The notes: generated from the sequence alone by a model not told the origin. DNA of 64,000 bases from the human T2T-CHM13v2.0 reference genome, Homo sapiens (GCF_009914755.1 NC_060942.1), one strand, 5' to 3'; shown: positions 12,611 to 28,030, counted from the stretch's first letter. Made by a program: numbers and translations.

Positions 12611-13475
12611 TGTTCGTTCCTGCTGTTAACGAGTGATACAGTCCTTGTCTCTGACACGACCAGATTTTTGATAGGGGAGTGAGAAAAAGAGCTCAAGACG
12701 TAAGACACCTGAGGAAAAAGTTTGGGTGTAAAAAGAACACAGTAGGATGGGGAGGCTGGAAGTGCCAAGGACTGATTTATCTGAGTCCCTTGCTATAAAC
12801 CCTTCAATTTCACCCATTCCAGGGATCAAGGACATGCCGTGAAGAAGAACAAGCACAGCGGTGGCCCAAGAGGCAGCATGCTGGGTGCAGGGCATCCTGG
12901 AACAGACGCAGCAGGGACAGGAGCACACAGACCTTTTCCCTTTAGAAAGGTTAGCATATCAGAACAGCTACATCAGAAATAATTTTAGCCTCAGCTCAGA
13001 ACAGTTTGACATTTGGATGGTTCTGCAAATGTACCCCAGGTCCCTGGACGTGCTCTGTGTCCTCAATACCCAACATCCTGGGTGTTCTATGCCCTGTGCA
13101 GGCCTCCCTACATAGTACTGTGTTCATAAACGTCCCCTTCTGTTCCATGCCAATAGGTGTGCTGGGGGAAGAATATTTAAATTTTTAATTACAAACTCAC
13201 AGGTATTTAGGTCGAGGGAAGTTATAGACTTCCACAGAGAAATTAGAGTTTATATGACCAGAGGAAAAGTTCAACAGAAGCCAAAGTTGACTCATCTGCA
13301 GAAAACGCCTCCAAATAGTTGTTATGTGCCCTTATTATAGGAAAGATGGTAACTACTGTCACAGAGGTTATTCAGAACCTTCTTCCTGTGGAGTGTTTCA
13401 AAGAGATTCAGTGGGGGTGTGTATTAAACACACTAGGAAATGAACATTGATCCACCACTCTATTTTTGCCATCTA

Positions 13476-13818
<343 letters not shown>

Positions 13819-15314
13819 TTATATTTGAAGCTGATATCTGGAAAGCATATAAAAATTAAATATTGTCTTTGTAAAACAAGACTCTCTTGGAAGATATCCA
13901 TATTGCATGTAGAGGAGATAAGGCATTCATTGTTACTGATTTGCTAGGAATAAAAAGGAAGTAAAGAATGCAGCTCAAAGATATTTGCATATTGTCTTTA
14001 TGTTGTTACCTAATTTTCAGAAGTTTGCATACACCTACATACCTATGAAATGTATTCTCTTGCAATAATTATCAGGGAAGGTGACCTAATAGGTGTTACA
14101 AAATTGAATGATCAAAACAGTATTAAGGATAAAAGAGAAAGACCTTTAGGAAAATTAACTGAACACCATATTTTTATAAAAAAAAATTCTACGATTTTGC
14201 TATGAAACTAAAATGTAAAGTAAATGATACCTTTTCATGCTATCACACAATTTTATAAAAATAAAATTTAAAAGTACAAACACTTGTTTCATTTATTGTT
14301 CTAAAAAATGGTGCATCACTACCAATAAATGTTCTTACATATGGGATAAAATAAACTTATTTTCTTTCATTTTCTCAATTATATCCTAATCAGAACCTTT
14401 TTAACAAATGGATTTTGAACCTCATTTTAAGCAAATTCTCTTTAAATGTCGTTTTCCAGTAGCAATGATCCTGTTAGCCAAGGACTTCTTACCCCCACTA
14501 AGACCTGTGCCTTGCGTGGCCGGCTCTCCTATTTCTACACTTGTGGCTGAGTCAGTTCTGCCGAAATAATGTTCTGTACAGGTCTTGGCTCTTCTCCATT
14601 TGTTGGGCATAAATCCTTATCAGAACTACCCTCAAATACGGATATGTGTTTGATTCACATACCGTTCTCCTTCATTCCACCCATTCTGGGCCTTCATTGC
14701 ATGCTGTCCTCTCTAATGTTCTAATTCCTGACATAATTGTAAGATATCTGGGAAAGAACTTGCCAATATTTATTGTTTTGTGATCCCTGACCTCATTCCG
14801 CTACCTGTACTCAGAGTGGAGCTAGCCAAGTGCAGTGGCATGAGGTTGCTGTCTTCCACACTCCCGGCCATTTGAGAGTATTGCCCCTTCTCCGTTACCC
14901 CCTCCCTTCTAGCCTCACGATGTTCATGTCCTACTACAGAAGGAGGAGTGGTAGAGAGATGAAAAGCCATTACCAAAGCAAGGGAGACAGGAAGGTCTCT
15001 AGAAAACATTGTCATACAGGCAATCTACCATTTCAGGAACATTTCTCTTCTTGTAGGTGCTATGATGTTGGGTCTGGATCTCTTAGGAGTCTATGGGTGA
15101 GTCTTGGGGATCCATAAACCCCTTGATTTTCAGGCACAGTTCTGTGTGATATACTTTGTTCTATGGAGACAGTTCACAGTTGATAACAATCTAGTGAGAT
15201 CAGGACATGCTCCCTCCTCCTCCCTCACTCCATTGTCCCTGGGAATTTAGCCTCCACTTTTCTAAAGAAATCCTTAGGAGGTAGTATGAGGTCATGTTGA
15301 TTCTAGAGTCTTAC

Positions 15315-15439
15315 CTTTTCCACAAAGTACATAATGCCCTCATGACCACGCTGGCCAGGGGGCTTCCAGCTGAGCACCACATAGCTCCGGGTGGCCTCAG
15401 TGACAGAGAGGTCTGTCGGGGGGCCAGGCACAATACCCT
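15315..15439 (-). CDS. MYOM1: MYOM1 exon 14 (125 nt), N-half of Fn3 My5: EGIVPGPPTDLSVTEATRSYVVLSWKPPGQRGHEGIMYFVEK
   Basis: tttcag acceptor, AAG|gtaaga donor; Fn3 PGPP...LSWKPP motif. Confidence 0.95.
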
Positions 15440-15649
15440 CTGAAAAACAACAAGGAAAAATGAGAAGCACACATTCTGGGTAGCCCAGGATACTCAGAGA
15501 GCCAAAGACGCTGCTCTCCTCCTGAGGAAGAGTTAATTATGTCTCCACAGTTTAAAGAAGTACCTTCTCTCTAAAATTCCCCCAAAACATCATTCATTCA
15601 TTCATTCTTCAAATGCCATTGAGCAGTTGCTGTTGTTTTGGTTTTTTTT

Positions 15650-15946
15650 GGAGGGGGGGAAGGGTTTCACTCTATCACCCACGCTGGCATGCAGTGGTGC
15701 AATTATGGCTCACTGCAGCCCTGACCTTCTGGGCCCAAGTGATCCTCCCACCTCAGCCTTCCAAACAGCTGGGACCACAGGTGCACACCACCACACCTAC
15801 ATAATTCAAAAAAAAATATTTTTTTTTGTAGAGTTGAGGACTCCCTATGTTGCCCAGGCTGGTCTTGAACTCCTGAGCTGAAGTGATCCTCCTGCCTTGG
15901 CCTCCCAAATTGCTGGGATTACAGGTGTGAGCCACTGCAGCCAGCC
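15650..15946 (-). mobile_element. Alu (J-type)
   Basis: Diverged Alu dimer. Confidence 0.8.
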
Positions 15947-16793
15947 CCATTGCTCATTTAGAATATAGAGCTAAGAATCTAGGATACTCTTCTTATCTTT
16001 AAATAGTTCTGAGGCCAGGTCAGGAGTGTTCGGGTGAAAGCAAGGACAAACTTCCAGAAGCACCCAGATCCCAGAAGTCCCAGAGCATCTAGAGTTTAGA
16101 GCCACATGAACCCTCCACAAGCAGGATTTACCCTGGCTCAGATATGAAAATAAGCAGGGCACAGAATCCTATAAGCAGATAGGCAGGAGCCAAGGTCCCA
16201 GTGGAGTTGAGTTTATAGTTTTAGTAAAGTTTAGGACAGTTTTAGTTTACAGTTACAGTAAAGTTGGTCTTATCAGGCAGGGAGGGAGGAGACTGGAAAT
16301 ACATAGACTCCAGAGGTCAAGAAAAATAATGGGGTACAGAAGAAATATTTAAAGAAATAATGATGAAAAATTTCCAAATCTGATGAAAACTACGAACTCA
16401 CAGATTAGAGAAACTTGCAAACCCTATAAGCACAAGATATATGAAGAAAGCTACACAATGCATATCATAATCAAATGCTGAAAAAACAGTGATAAAGAGA
16501 ATATATTAAAAGCAGATAGAGAAGACACATTATATATTGAGGAACAAAAATAAGAATAAAAGCAATCATTCTTGTAGTGTAGATCTGCACTATGCTGGAC
16601 AAAGCTCTTAAAGTACTGAGAGAAAAAACTGTCAACCTAGAATTCTATACTCAGTGAAGATATATTTCAAGAATGAAGGTAAAATAGAGGATTTTTTTTA
16701 CATAACAAAAGATAAAATACCTGCACTACGAGAAATGTTCAAGGAAGTGCTTCAGGTGAAAAGAAAATCATATCAGATGGAAATCTGGATTTA

Positions 16794-17599
<806 letters not shown>

Positions 17600-18403
17600 G
17601 GCACTGTTGTAAATTCTTACACTACATGTGAAGTAATATAATATTACTGGAAGGTAGACTGTGAAAAGATGTATATTATAAATTCTAAACTACTAAAAAG
17701 CAAAATAAAAAATCATAGCCAACAAGAGAATACAGATAAAATGGAATAATAAAAAATACTCAATCCAAAAAAAGTAGAAAAAGAGAAAAAATGAAACAAA
17801 TAAATGGAATAGATGGAAACCAAATAGCAAGATGATTGATTTAAATCCAACCATATCAACGATCAGATGAAATGTAAATGGTTAAAACACCCCAATTAAA
17901 AGGCAAAGATTACCAATTTAGATTTTTAAAAAGCAAGACCCAAATATATGCTGCCTATGAGAAACACATTGTATTAATATAAAGGCACACATAGGCTAAG
18001 TGTAAAAGGATGGAAATAATATACCATGCTAACACTAATCAAAAGAAAGCTGGAATAGCTATATTAAAAGTAGATTTCCAAGCAAAAAAACATTACCATG
18101 GGTAAAAGAAGTCATGTTATAACAATAAAGTGGTCAATTCATAAGAGGATATAATAATAAAAATGTTAATACATCTAATAACATCCCAAAATACATGAAG
18201 AAACTGGTAGAACTGCAAGAAGAAATAGATAAATGCACCATTTGGTTGGCTATTTCATCACTACTCTCTCAATAATTGATAGAACATGTAGATATTAGCA
18301 ATAGTAAATAATTATGGATCTAAAAGACTTGAGCAATGCTATCAACTAACTTGACCTAATTAATATTTATAAAACTCAACAATAGCAGAATACTATGCTT
18401 TTT

Positions 18404-18700
18404 GGCTGGGTGTGTGGCTAACGCCTGTAATCCCAGCACTTTGGGAGGCTGAGGCAGGCAGGTAACCTGAGGTCAGGAGTTCGAGACCAGCCTGGCCAAC
18501 ATGGTGAAACCCCATCTCTACTAAAAATACAAAAATTAGCCTGGCATGGTGGTATGTGCCTATAATCCCAGCTACTCATGGGGGCTGAAGCAGGAGAATC
18601 ACTTGAACCTGGGAGACGGAGGTTGCAGTGAGCCAACATTGAGCTGCTGCACTCCAGCCTGGGAAACAGAGTGAGACTCCATCTCAAAAAAAAAAAAAAA
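18404..18700 (+). mobile_element. AluS inside the L1; TSD aatac[ta]atgctttt
   Basis: Alu consensus. Confidence 0.9.
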
Positions 18701-20404
18701 TACAATGCTTTTCAAGCGCACACTAAATATTCACCAAGATAGATCTTTTTCTGGACCATAAAACAAGTTCAAGAAAATCTACAAGGATTCAAATAACACA
18801 AAATATGTTCTATTTAATTTTCATAATAGAATTAAATTAAAAACAAATAAGAGAAATATACTTGGGAAATCTGCAAATATTTAGTAACTAAATAACATAC
18901 TCCAAATAATCCATGTATCAAAGAAGGTATCAAAAAATTGGAAAGTATTTTGCACAAAATAAAAATGAAAACACAACAGATCAAAATGTGTGAAATACAG
19001 CTAAAGGAGTACTTAGAAAAAAATATTTAGCACTAAATGCATGCGTTATAAAAGAATACTTCAAATTAAGGACCTCAGCTTCTACCTTAAGAAACAAGAA
19101 AAAAACCCAGCAAATTAAACTCAAATAAGCAGAAAAAAGGAAATAATAAAGATAAGAACAGAAATAAATAAAACTGGAAACAGAAGAAAAATATAGAAAA
19201 TCAATGAAACCAAAAGCTGTTTCTTTGGGAACATCAATAAAGTTGATAAACTTCTAGTCAGGTCAGGACAAAGGAAGTAAAACACGAATATTAGGAATGA
19301 GAGAGGTGACACCACTACAGATTCTGCAGGTATTAAAAGGATAATAAGAAAATATGAACAACTTTATGAATGAAAAAGTTTCTTGAAAGATGAAAACTAT
19401 TAAATTTTACTCAAGAAAAAGTAAATAACCTGAATAGTCCTAAATTTATTTTAAAAATTGAATTTGCAGTATAAAAGCTTCCCACAACAAAACAAAACAA
19501 ACAAACCAAAAAACAAACCTCCAGGCCTAGATGGCTCTGCTGGTAAATTATACTGAATGTTTAATTAAAAAAAATAATAAAAGTTAACACAAGCTCTTTC
19601 AAAAAATTAAAATAATGGTAATACTTTCCACTCAGTACCCCAATACCAAAACCAAACCAAGACTTTACTGGGAAAAACCACAGACCAATATCTTTTATGA
19701 ATATAGACACAAAAATTCCTTTAAAAATTTTTAGCAAATAAACTCCAGCAATGTATAAAAAGGATAACACAGCATAACATAGTGACATTCAACCCAGGAC
19801 TGTGAGGTTTAGTTTGCGTTATTTATTTTATTTCGGTTTAATAATCTAAAATTAATCAATGTAATTCAACATGTTAATGGAAAAATAAAAATCATACGAT
19901 CGTCTCAATAGATACAGGAAAAGCATTTGACAAAATCCAACACTTTTTCCTAATATAAACTCTCAGAAAACCAGGAGTAGAAGAAATTTTCCTCAACTTG
20001 ATAAAGGATAGCTATACAAAACCTACACTTAATGTTAGACTTAATGGTGAAAGACTGAATGCTTTCCCCCTGACATCAGGAAAAGGCAAAGATGACCAGT
20101 CTACCACTTCTATTCAACATTGTACTAAAGGTTCTAGATGGAGCAATAAGGAAAGAAAAAGAAATAAAAGGTATCCAGATTGAAAAGGAAGAAGTTAATT
20201 TATCTTTACTTATAGATGGCATAATCCTGTAATAGAAAATCCATAATAAATTTCATAAAAAACCCTAATGTTTGTGAGAATTAATAAATTAGTTCAGCAA
20301 GGATGCAGGACACAAAATCAATATACAAAAATCAATTGTGTTTCTTTATACTAGCATAAAAACAAATTAAAATAAAAAACAATACCATTTACAGCATCAT
20401 CAGA

Positions 20405-20550
20405 AATATTATATATAAATATTATATATTATATATAAATATATATCTTATATATAAATATTATACATTATAGATAAATATATATATTTATATATAAATA
20501 TTATATATTATAGATAAATATATATATTATATAGAAATATATATATATAA
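20405..20550. repeat. AT-rich (TA)n-like filler
   Basis: atatataaatattatatatt-type units. Confidence 0.9.
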
Positions 20551-20566
20551 AAAGTCAGATACTCTA

Positions 20567-20686
20567 ACTTTTTGTCAGAGTTTGTGCAAAAACAGAAAGG
20601 CAGTAAAGAAGGTAACTTATTTTCAATTCAAACAAATCTTATTTTGATTGGAATTGATAAAAGAGGAGCAAACGAATGTATGAGAT
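20567..20686 (+). repeat. Direct 120-bp copy of 23207-23325 (~96% identical)
   Basis: Manual alignment: 4 substitutions + 1 indel. Confidence 0.93.
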
Positions 20687-21941
20687 TATATCTATAAAAA
20701 TGTGCAGGACCTGCTCACTAAAACTACTACTAAGGTGAGAGAAATGAAAACAAAGCTAAATGAATGGAGATACAGGCTATGTTCATAAATCAAAGGACTC
20801 AATGCTGTTCGGCTGAAATCCCAGCATGTTTTTTGTAGAAGTTGATAAGCTGATTTTAAAATTTTTATAGAAATGTAAAGACAGAATAGCTGAAACAACT
20901 TTGGGGGGGAAAAACCCAACACAAGATTAGAAGACTTATACTGATTTGAAGATGCTAAAATTTATATATGAAAAAATGAAGCTCAGAAAAGCTATAGTAA
21001 TAAAGACAGTATGGTATTGATGGAAGGGGAAAAAAATTGACCAATAGAGATTCCAGAAATTGATCCACACATATGTAATCAATTGAATTTGACAATGGTG
21101 CCAATACAAATTCGTTGGGTAAAGAACAATCTTTTCAATAGATATTGCTGAAATAATTTAATAGCCATATGCAAGTATGAACGATAGTAATAATTGAGGC
21201 CCTTACTTCTTGTAATGTAGAAAAAATTAATTTTAAATGCATCACAGAGTGAAAAGTAAAAACTAATGCTATAACATTTCCAGGGGGAAAAAAACAGGAA
21301 AAATACCTGGATTTGACAAAGATGCCCAATGTCACAAAAACTGGCAAATAAACACATGAAAAGATGCTCGACATTATGAGTAAAATGCAAATCAAAGCCA
21401 CAAAGAAATACCACTATGAACCCACTAGAATGGCTAAAATTGAAAAGACTGGCCACACTAAGTGCTAGTGACAATGCGGGAGCAAGTGGAACTCTCACGT
21501 AGGGCTGAAGGGGAAGGGAACGTGGTACAATCATTTCAGAAAACAGCTGGCAGTTCCTTTAAAAATTAAGCATACACCTACCACAGAACACATCCATTCA
21601 ACTCCTAGGTATTTACACAAGACATAAATGAAAGCATATGTCCACAGAAACAGTTAAGAATGTTCATAGAAGCTTTCAACAGTGAATGGATAAATACTTT
21701 GGAACGAATTGATACACACACCAACGTAGATAAGTCTCAAAATAATTATGCTGAGTAAAGAAAAACAGACAAAAATGAACATGATTCAACTGATCTACAA
21801 TTGTGGACAATGTAAACTACAGTGGCAGAAAGCAGATCAGTGATGGCTGGAGATGGGGAAACATGAAAAGGAGGAATTACGAATGGGCAGGGGAAATTTA
21901 GGGGTGACAAATACGTTCATTATTTTGAAAATGGTGATGGT

Positions 21942-22335
<394 letters not shown>

Positions 22336-22520
22336 TTACACCTCAAGAAAGCTTTAAAAATAAAATGGGATTCTCTGACATAAGTTATTTACAATCTCCA
22401 GATATTTTAGAATGTTCTTACCAAAACATCTTAAGCAATACACACTGCACCCTCCACAACAAAAGGCAAACTGCTTAGCAAAACATCAGCAATAGTATCT
22501 GGGGCAACCAGACTTCTTAC

Positions 22521-22577
22521 CTGAAGGTTCCTCTTCAGTAACAATGATCTGTCCAGTCCAGGGTGCTGAGGGGCGAC
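22521..22577 (-). CDS. MYOM1: MYOM1 exon 13 (57 nt), My4-My5 linker: SRPSAPWTGQIIVTEEEPS
   Basis: attcag acceptor, CAG|gtaaga donor; joins exons 12 and 14 in phase 1. Confidence 0.92.
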
Positions 22578-23373
22578 CTGAATAAAGACAAATATAAGAA
22601 TCACAAACGTTTACAAGTGTGCAATTTATCAGCTGCACTGATGAATTGGGAAAGTGGCCAGATTAGTCACAACTGGGTTTGTTACTAATAGACTTATGTG
22701 TTTTCCCATGAATGGTATCAATCATGTAGAGGGCACTGTGGGAAGCACAGCCCCGGTCCTCAAGGGACTCATAATCTGCTGGAGCCTAGAATCTGCCTGG
22801 ACTGGCTGAGTAGATGTTTCTGGAACTGTACTTGCACAAGCTAGGTAAGTAACCTGTGTTCATGTAACTGTTCAATATGAATCTCCTGGAACAGGTAGGC
22901 TTGCTCATCCCCTCTGAAGGATAGCATGCGTTTGGGAGAAACATTTCCAGAACAATTGTAAGCCCAGTAGTTATTTATTGTCATAATAAGATGAAAGAGG
23001 AGAGGGGGTGCCGATCCTGCGGTAAAGCTCAGCAAAGCAAATTTTTCCCATTATATTTTGAAAAATATTATCTCCAAAGGAAATCAGTTGAGATCCTGAG
23101 CAAGGAAAATGAATGATACGGGTACAAAGTTAAAGAGGAAATTCACTTGTATGATCCCATAAACATCAGAAAGACAGAGTAGTTCTACTCTTGCATTAAC
23201 CAGGGGACTTTTTGTCAGGGTTTGTGAAAAACAGAAAGGCAGTAAAGAAGGTAACTTATTTTTAGTTCAAACAAATCTTATTTTGATTGGAATTGATAAA
23301 AGAGGAGCAAACGAAAGTATGAGATGGAATTTGCAAGTTTAGAAAGGAGGGCAGGAAGTTGGAGGGTTGGTGA

Positions 23374-23738
<365 letters not shown>

Positions 23739-23814
23739 GTGACATTATTTTATTTAGACTTTTACGATGCCACTACACGTACTGAAGGTAAAGAATAACA
23801 TTGTGAATGTAGCA

Positions 23815-24015
23815 CAGACCAGCAGTCCTCTACAAAGGTGGTTTTGCCCTTTAGGTGACATTTGGTAGTGTCTCCATGACACTGCTGGCATCTAGTGGGT
23901 AGAGACAAGGGATGTTGCTCAGCCTCCTGCAATGAACAGAACACCCCTAGCCACCTCCCACAACAACAAAGAATTACTGGCCTAAAGTGCCAGTAGGGCC
24001 AAGGTTGAGAAGCCT
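23815..24015. mobile_element. MER20 (hAT-Charlie) remnant
   Basis: ctggcatctagtgggtagag...gggatgttgct...aaggttgagaagcctg. Confidence 0.7.
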
Positions 24016-24189
24016 GGCATAAGCCTGAAATGTTACTATCCAACTCTTCTCATAATGTCATTTTACGTTCCCTATTGTTGGAGATGCCATATGGGTTTCC
24101 ATGAAACAAATACAAGGCATGATTACAGGGCATGATTCATGTACCATGGTTTTGACATTAAGACTTGGAGACTACATATATTAAAAGAT

Positions 24190-24520
24190 TATTATTATTG
24201 TTATTATTGAGACAGGGTCTTGCTCTGTTGCCCAGGCTAGAGTGCAATGGTGTAATCACAGCTCACTGCAGCCTTGACCTCCTGGGCTCTAGCGATCCTC
24301 CCACCTCAGCCTCCTGAGTAGCTGGGACTTACAGCTGTGTGCTACCATGCCTGGCTTTTTTTTTTTTTTTTTTTTTTTCATTTTTTTCATTTTTTTTTTT
24401 TAAAAGATGGGGTCTCTCTATGTTGCCCAGGTTGGTCTCAGAACTCCTAGGCTCAAGCCATCCTCCCACCTTAGCCTCTCCAAGTGCTGGGATTACAGGT
24501 GTGAGCCACCACGCCAGGCC
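24190..24520 (-). mobile_element. AluJ with expanded middle T-tract
   Basis: Alu consensus. Confidence 0.88.
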
Positions 24521-24807
24521 TGAAAAAATGATTTTTGACAGTCTAATATGAGAACTCAGACATAGATTAGATATAACGTTGTCTATCTGTTTTTCCTTTG
24601 ATATAGAGAGACGCACTGTGCTGAGATATTAATGCTCTAAGGGTGGACTCCAAGGTAAAGAAATAGACCTTGAGCCAGAAAGAAAATTATTTTTATTATT
24701 TTTGGAATGTATAATAACAGGAATAAAAATGCTCTCCAGCCTCTTTGCTTTTATACTTCATTCCACACACAATGCCTGGAACTCAGTTTAACAACATAAA
24801 TGTTTCT

Positions 24808-24883
24808 GAATAAAATAAAATAAAATATAAAATAATAAAATAAAATAAAATAAATAAAATAAAATAAAATAAAATAAAATAAA
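24808..24883. repeat. (ATAAA)n microsatellite
   Basis: Direct reading. Confidence 0.9.
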
Positions 24884-25071
24884 ACCCTTAAGAGAATGGC
24901 TAAGGCAATGTTTGCGAAGGATTCTCCCCCTCGGATTTTCTGATGAAAAAAGGATTTCTTGTTCTTGTCTCCCTCTAGTGGAAGGGAGAGAAACAACCTT
25001 GCAATGAAGCTGATTCTTGCAGTCATTTTAAAAAGGTTTAGGGAAGGTCCTGAAAAATGAAAAGTGCTTAC

Positions 25072-25271
25072 TTTTAAGTCTAGCTTTCTCAGCCGGATCC
25101 AGAGCAGCCACGGGCTCGGAAACTCGAGATGGGAAACCTATTCCCATTTTATTCACAGCTCGAACTCGGAAGATATAGGAACGACCTTCGATCAATCCAG
25201 TGACAGGAAAACGAGCAAACTTCACAGGTGTGTCATTGCACTGCGACCAGCTATCTGTGCCCACCTCACAC
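25072..25271 (-). CDS. MYOM1: MYOM1 exon 12 (200 nt), C-half of Fn3 My4: CEVGTDSWSQCNDTPVKFARFPVTGLIEGRSYIFRVRAVNKMGIGFPSRVSEPVAALDPAEKARLK
   Basis: ctttag acceptor, gtaagc donor; ORF 25028..25348. Confidence 0.95.
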
Positions 25272-26629
25272 CTAAAGGAATGAGCGTGATTGACAAAAAT
25301 ATTAAAAGAAGTATGGCTTAATGAATATCTCCAGAGCTGCAGAATCACCCAGTTGTTTCAGATCTTCTCCCTATAAAATATCCAAGTCAGGCGTGGCTCG
25401 CTACCTGGTGAACTGCATGCAGGCACTCCGTTTCACTCAAATGCACTGTGTCTTCTTTACCAAGAGGAAAGAAGCCTCAGGTCCTTCCTGAACTCGTAAA
25501 AAGCAGGCATCTGAGGGGCCTTGTGTAGAAAGCAGAGGGGTTTGGGGGTTGCTGGGATAAGCAGATAAATATCTCCAATCTTAGCATTGGAGAAGATCCC
25601 CAAACATCTCCCCGGCTGATGCCTTCAATTCTACCATTAGTGACTTCTTTGTCTTCTTTAGGTATTTTCTTTGAAAAACAGAGGTATTATTGAGAAAATT
25701 GGCGTCTTAAAACCTAACTATTTGCACTGTAGTTTGGAAAAGAGTTCACCATATTTCCTCACTTCATGGTCATTCCATCCTGTGTAGAGGGTAAGAAGGT
25801 TATTGTGAAGATGTTTGTTTCTTTAACAGAAGAGACTGATGACAGGTGGGGAGATGCCCAGTCCTGGCAGGGGCAGATTGAGTGGGTACTTGGAAACACT
25901 GATTTCTAATTGAGTGCTTTTACAGCAGTTGGTACCTGGGGATGGAGTGGGTCATTCCCAGCAGACAAATATGACAGCTCATATCATGCTGTTGGCCTGA
26001 TCAACAAAGCTTTAGGGGTTCAACATGTGATTAAATTTTACAGATTAGGATTAAGCAGCTCTTACTTTTTTTATGAGCAGAGTGCTGTACTTTTAGCTCA
26101 TATCATTTCCCCAACATGGGCTCTATGTCCAAAATGTGTAATTCCCAAATGATTCTCAGGGGCGTGGGGGTTGCCAGTGGCAGGACAGAGGTGGCTGGTG
26201 TGGGGGGTGTATCTCCCCTCCTCACAATCACCTTCCTCTCTTTGATATGGACAATAGACAATTTCCTTATGTAAAGTGGAATAGACAACTTCCTCACTTT
26301 CCTTATGTAAAGTGCTGTCAAATGTGGCTTCAATCCCTGCCTTCCATCATTTCCCCTAATCCTCCTTGGTAGAAATTCTGGAGCTGCTAGGGGTTTGGGG
26401 AGGTGGGGCTGTGGCAGAAGCTGATAGGGCCAGGACAATTCTTCAATCTACACCTGTCTCCAGAGATTCTGCCAGGACTCAGCCTCTTCTCTGTGCAGAT
26501 ACTGCTATGGTGACCCAGTGACACTAGAGCATCCTTCCTAACCTCATGTGGGCAGAAAGAAAGGTGGAACTCACTGCTCCTGACACTTTCCGCAGCACGT
26601 TGGAGCAGAAAGAACACAAACCTACAGCC

Positions 26630-26835
26630 AGGCTCACATCTGAATTCTAGTTCTGCTACTTATTACCCGCGTGATCTTAGGTGAGTTAGTGCTTCCTCAC
26701 TGATATGTGGTCTCGGGCCTCATTTCCTACTTGAAATAATAGCAACGACCTTAAAGGGCGGTTATGGGTTAGTGGTTAATATATGCGAAGTGTTTAGAAC
26801 AGTGCCATGCACACAGTAAATGCTTAATAAATAAT
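26630..26835 (+). mobile_element. MIR
   Basis: gtgatcttaggtgagtta...cctcatttcc...agaacagtgcc..gcacacagtaaatgcttaataaat. Confidence 0.65.
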
Positions 26836-27554
26836 AGCCACAAGGTGGGTATTTTCACTATGACTAAGGCCAGAGGAGAACAAAATGTACTTATTGTCCC
26901 TGGCCTTTCACTGGTCAAAGTTTAAAAATCCCCTGGAAATGTGCCAAAGACAATAAAGCACAAAAAAGAATATATCTAAACCTTCACAATTCATCACTAC
27001 TAAATGATGAAATGTTGTGGAAGCATTAGTTCACATGGATGGTTAAATAGTATATAATTTATTAGAAATATTTCTTACAAATAGTTCTGAGCACAATTGC
27101 ATGTATTTATGTACTGCGAAGTTCAACACACCCTTGGTGCAAACCCATTGTGCTAATATGACACAGATTATCCATCTCTAGTGATTTCTACAATGAGATT
27201 TCATTACTCAAAAATGAAAAGAGAATTGGAACAACGATCTGAATAGAAACCAAGTCAGAGAACAATGTTATTTAGGCCAAATCTAAATTTGCTGTCTGTA
27301 TCGTCCAAACTCATGTCATAATTAATGTGTAAAGCCCAGTTACTATAAATATCAGAGCCTCTAAGTTTTGGAGAATATAGACAAGAACTTATAGATAGTG
27401 AATAATTTGCTTCTATTGATTTTTTGTTGTTACTTCTTTGTATAACTTGAAAACACATCCTGAGGTAGAAATAAGACTTTGGTAGTATTACCAAAGTAAA
27501 TATTCTTAAATTATTGACATATTAGGAATATGGACATTATGCTGAATTCCAATG

Positions 27555-27816
27555 ATTTCATTTCCAAGGTGGCCTCTATGAGGTCTACAAATTCATAGCA
27601 TTCTTGCCAAATTAGTGACATAAGCTGGTAGCCAAATTTAAAAAAATTCATCTTTGGAATTTAGGTAAATATTTAATTCATTTTTGGAACTTTTACCTAA
27701 ATTCCAAAAAAGAATTTTTTGAATTTGACTACCAGCTCATGTTACTAATTTGGCAAGAATGCTATGAATTCGTAGACCTAATAGAGACCTAACAGAGGCC
27801 ATCTTGGAAATGAAAT
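27555..27816. repeat. Long inverted repeat (arms 27555-27669 and 27692-27816, 22-nt spacer)
   Basis: Manual reverse-complement alignment: ~9 substitutions, one 11-nt indel. Confidence 0.93.
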
Positions 27817-27882
27817 ATATATATATGTATATATATCTACCTACCTATTTACCTAAGTTCCAAAGATGAATTTTGTGACACT

Positions 27883-27992
27883 ATGATATGAGCTGTCACA
27901 TTTGTCTGCTGGGGAGTGACCCACTCCATCTGCAGGTACTAACTGCTGTAAAAGCACTCAATTAGAAATCAGCGTTTCTAAGTACCTACTCA

Positions 27993-27994
<2 letters not shown>
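27883..27994 (-). repeat. Inverted 111-bp copy of 25877-25987 (~92% identical)
   Basis: Manual alignment: 8 substitutions + 1 indel. Confidence 0.93.
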
Positions 27995-28030
<36 letters not shown>

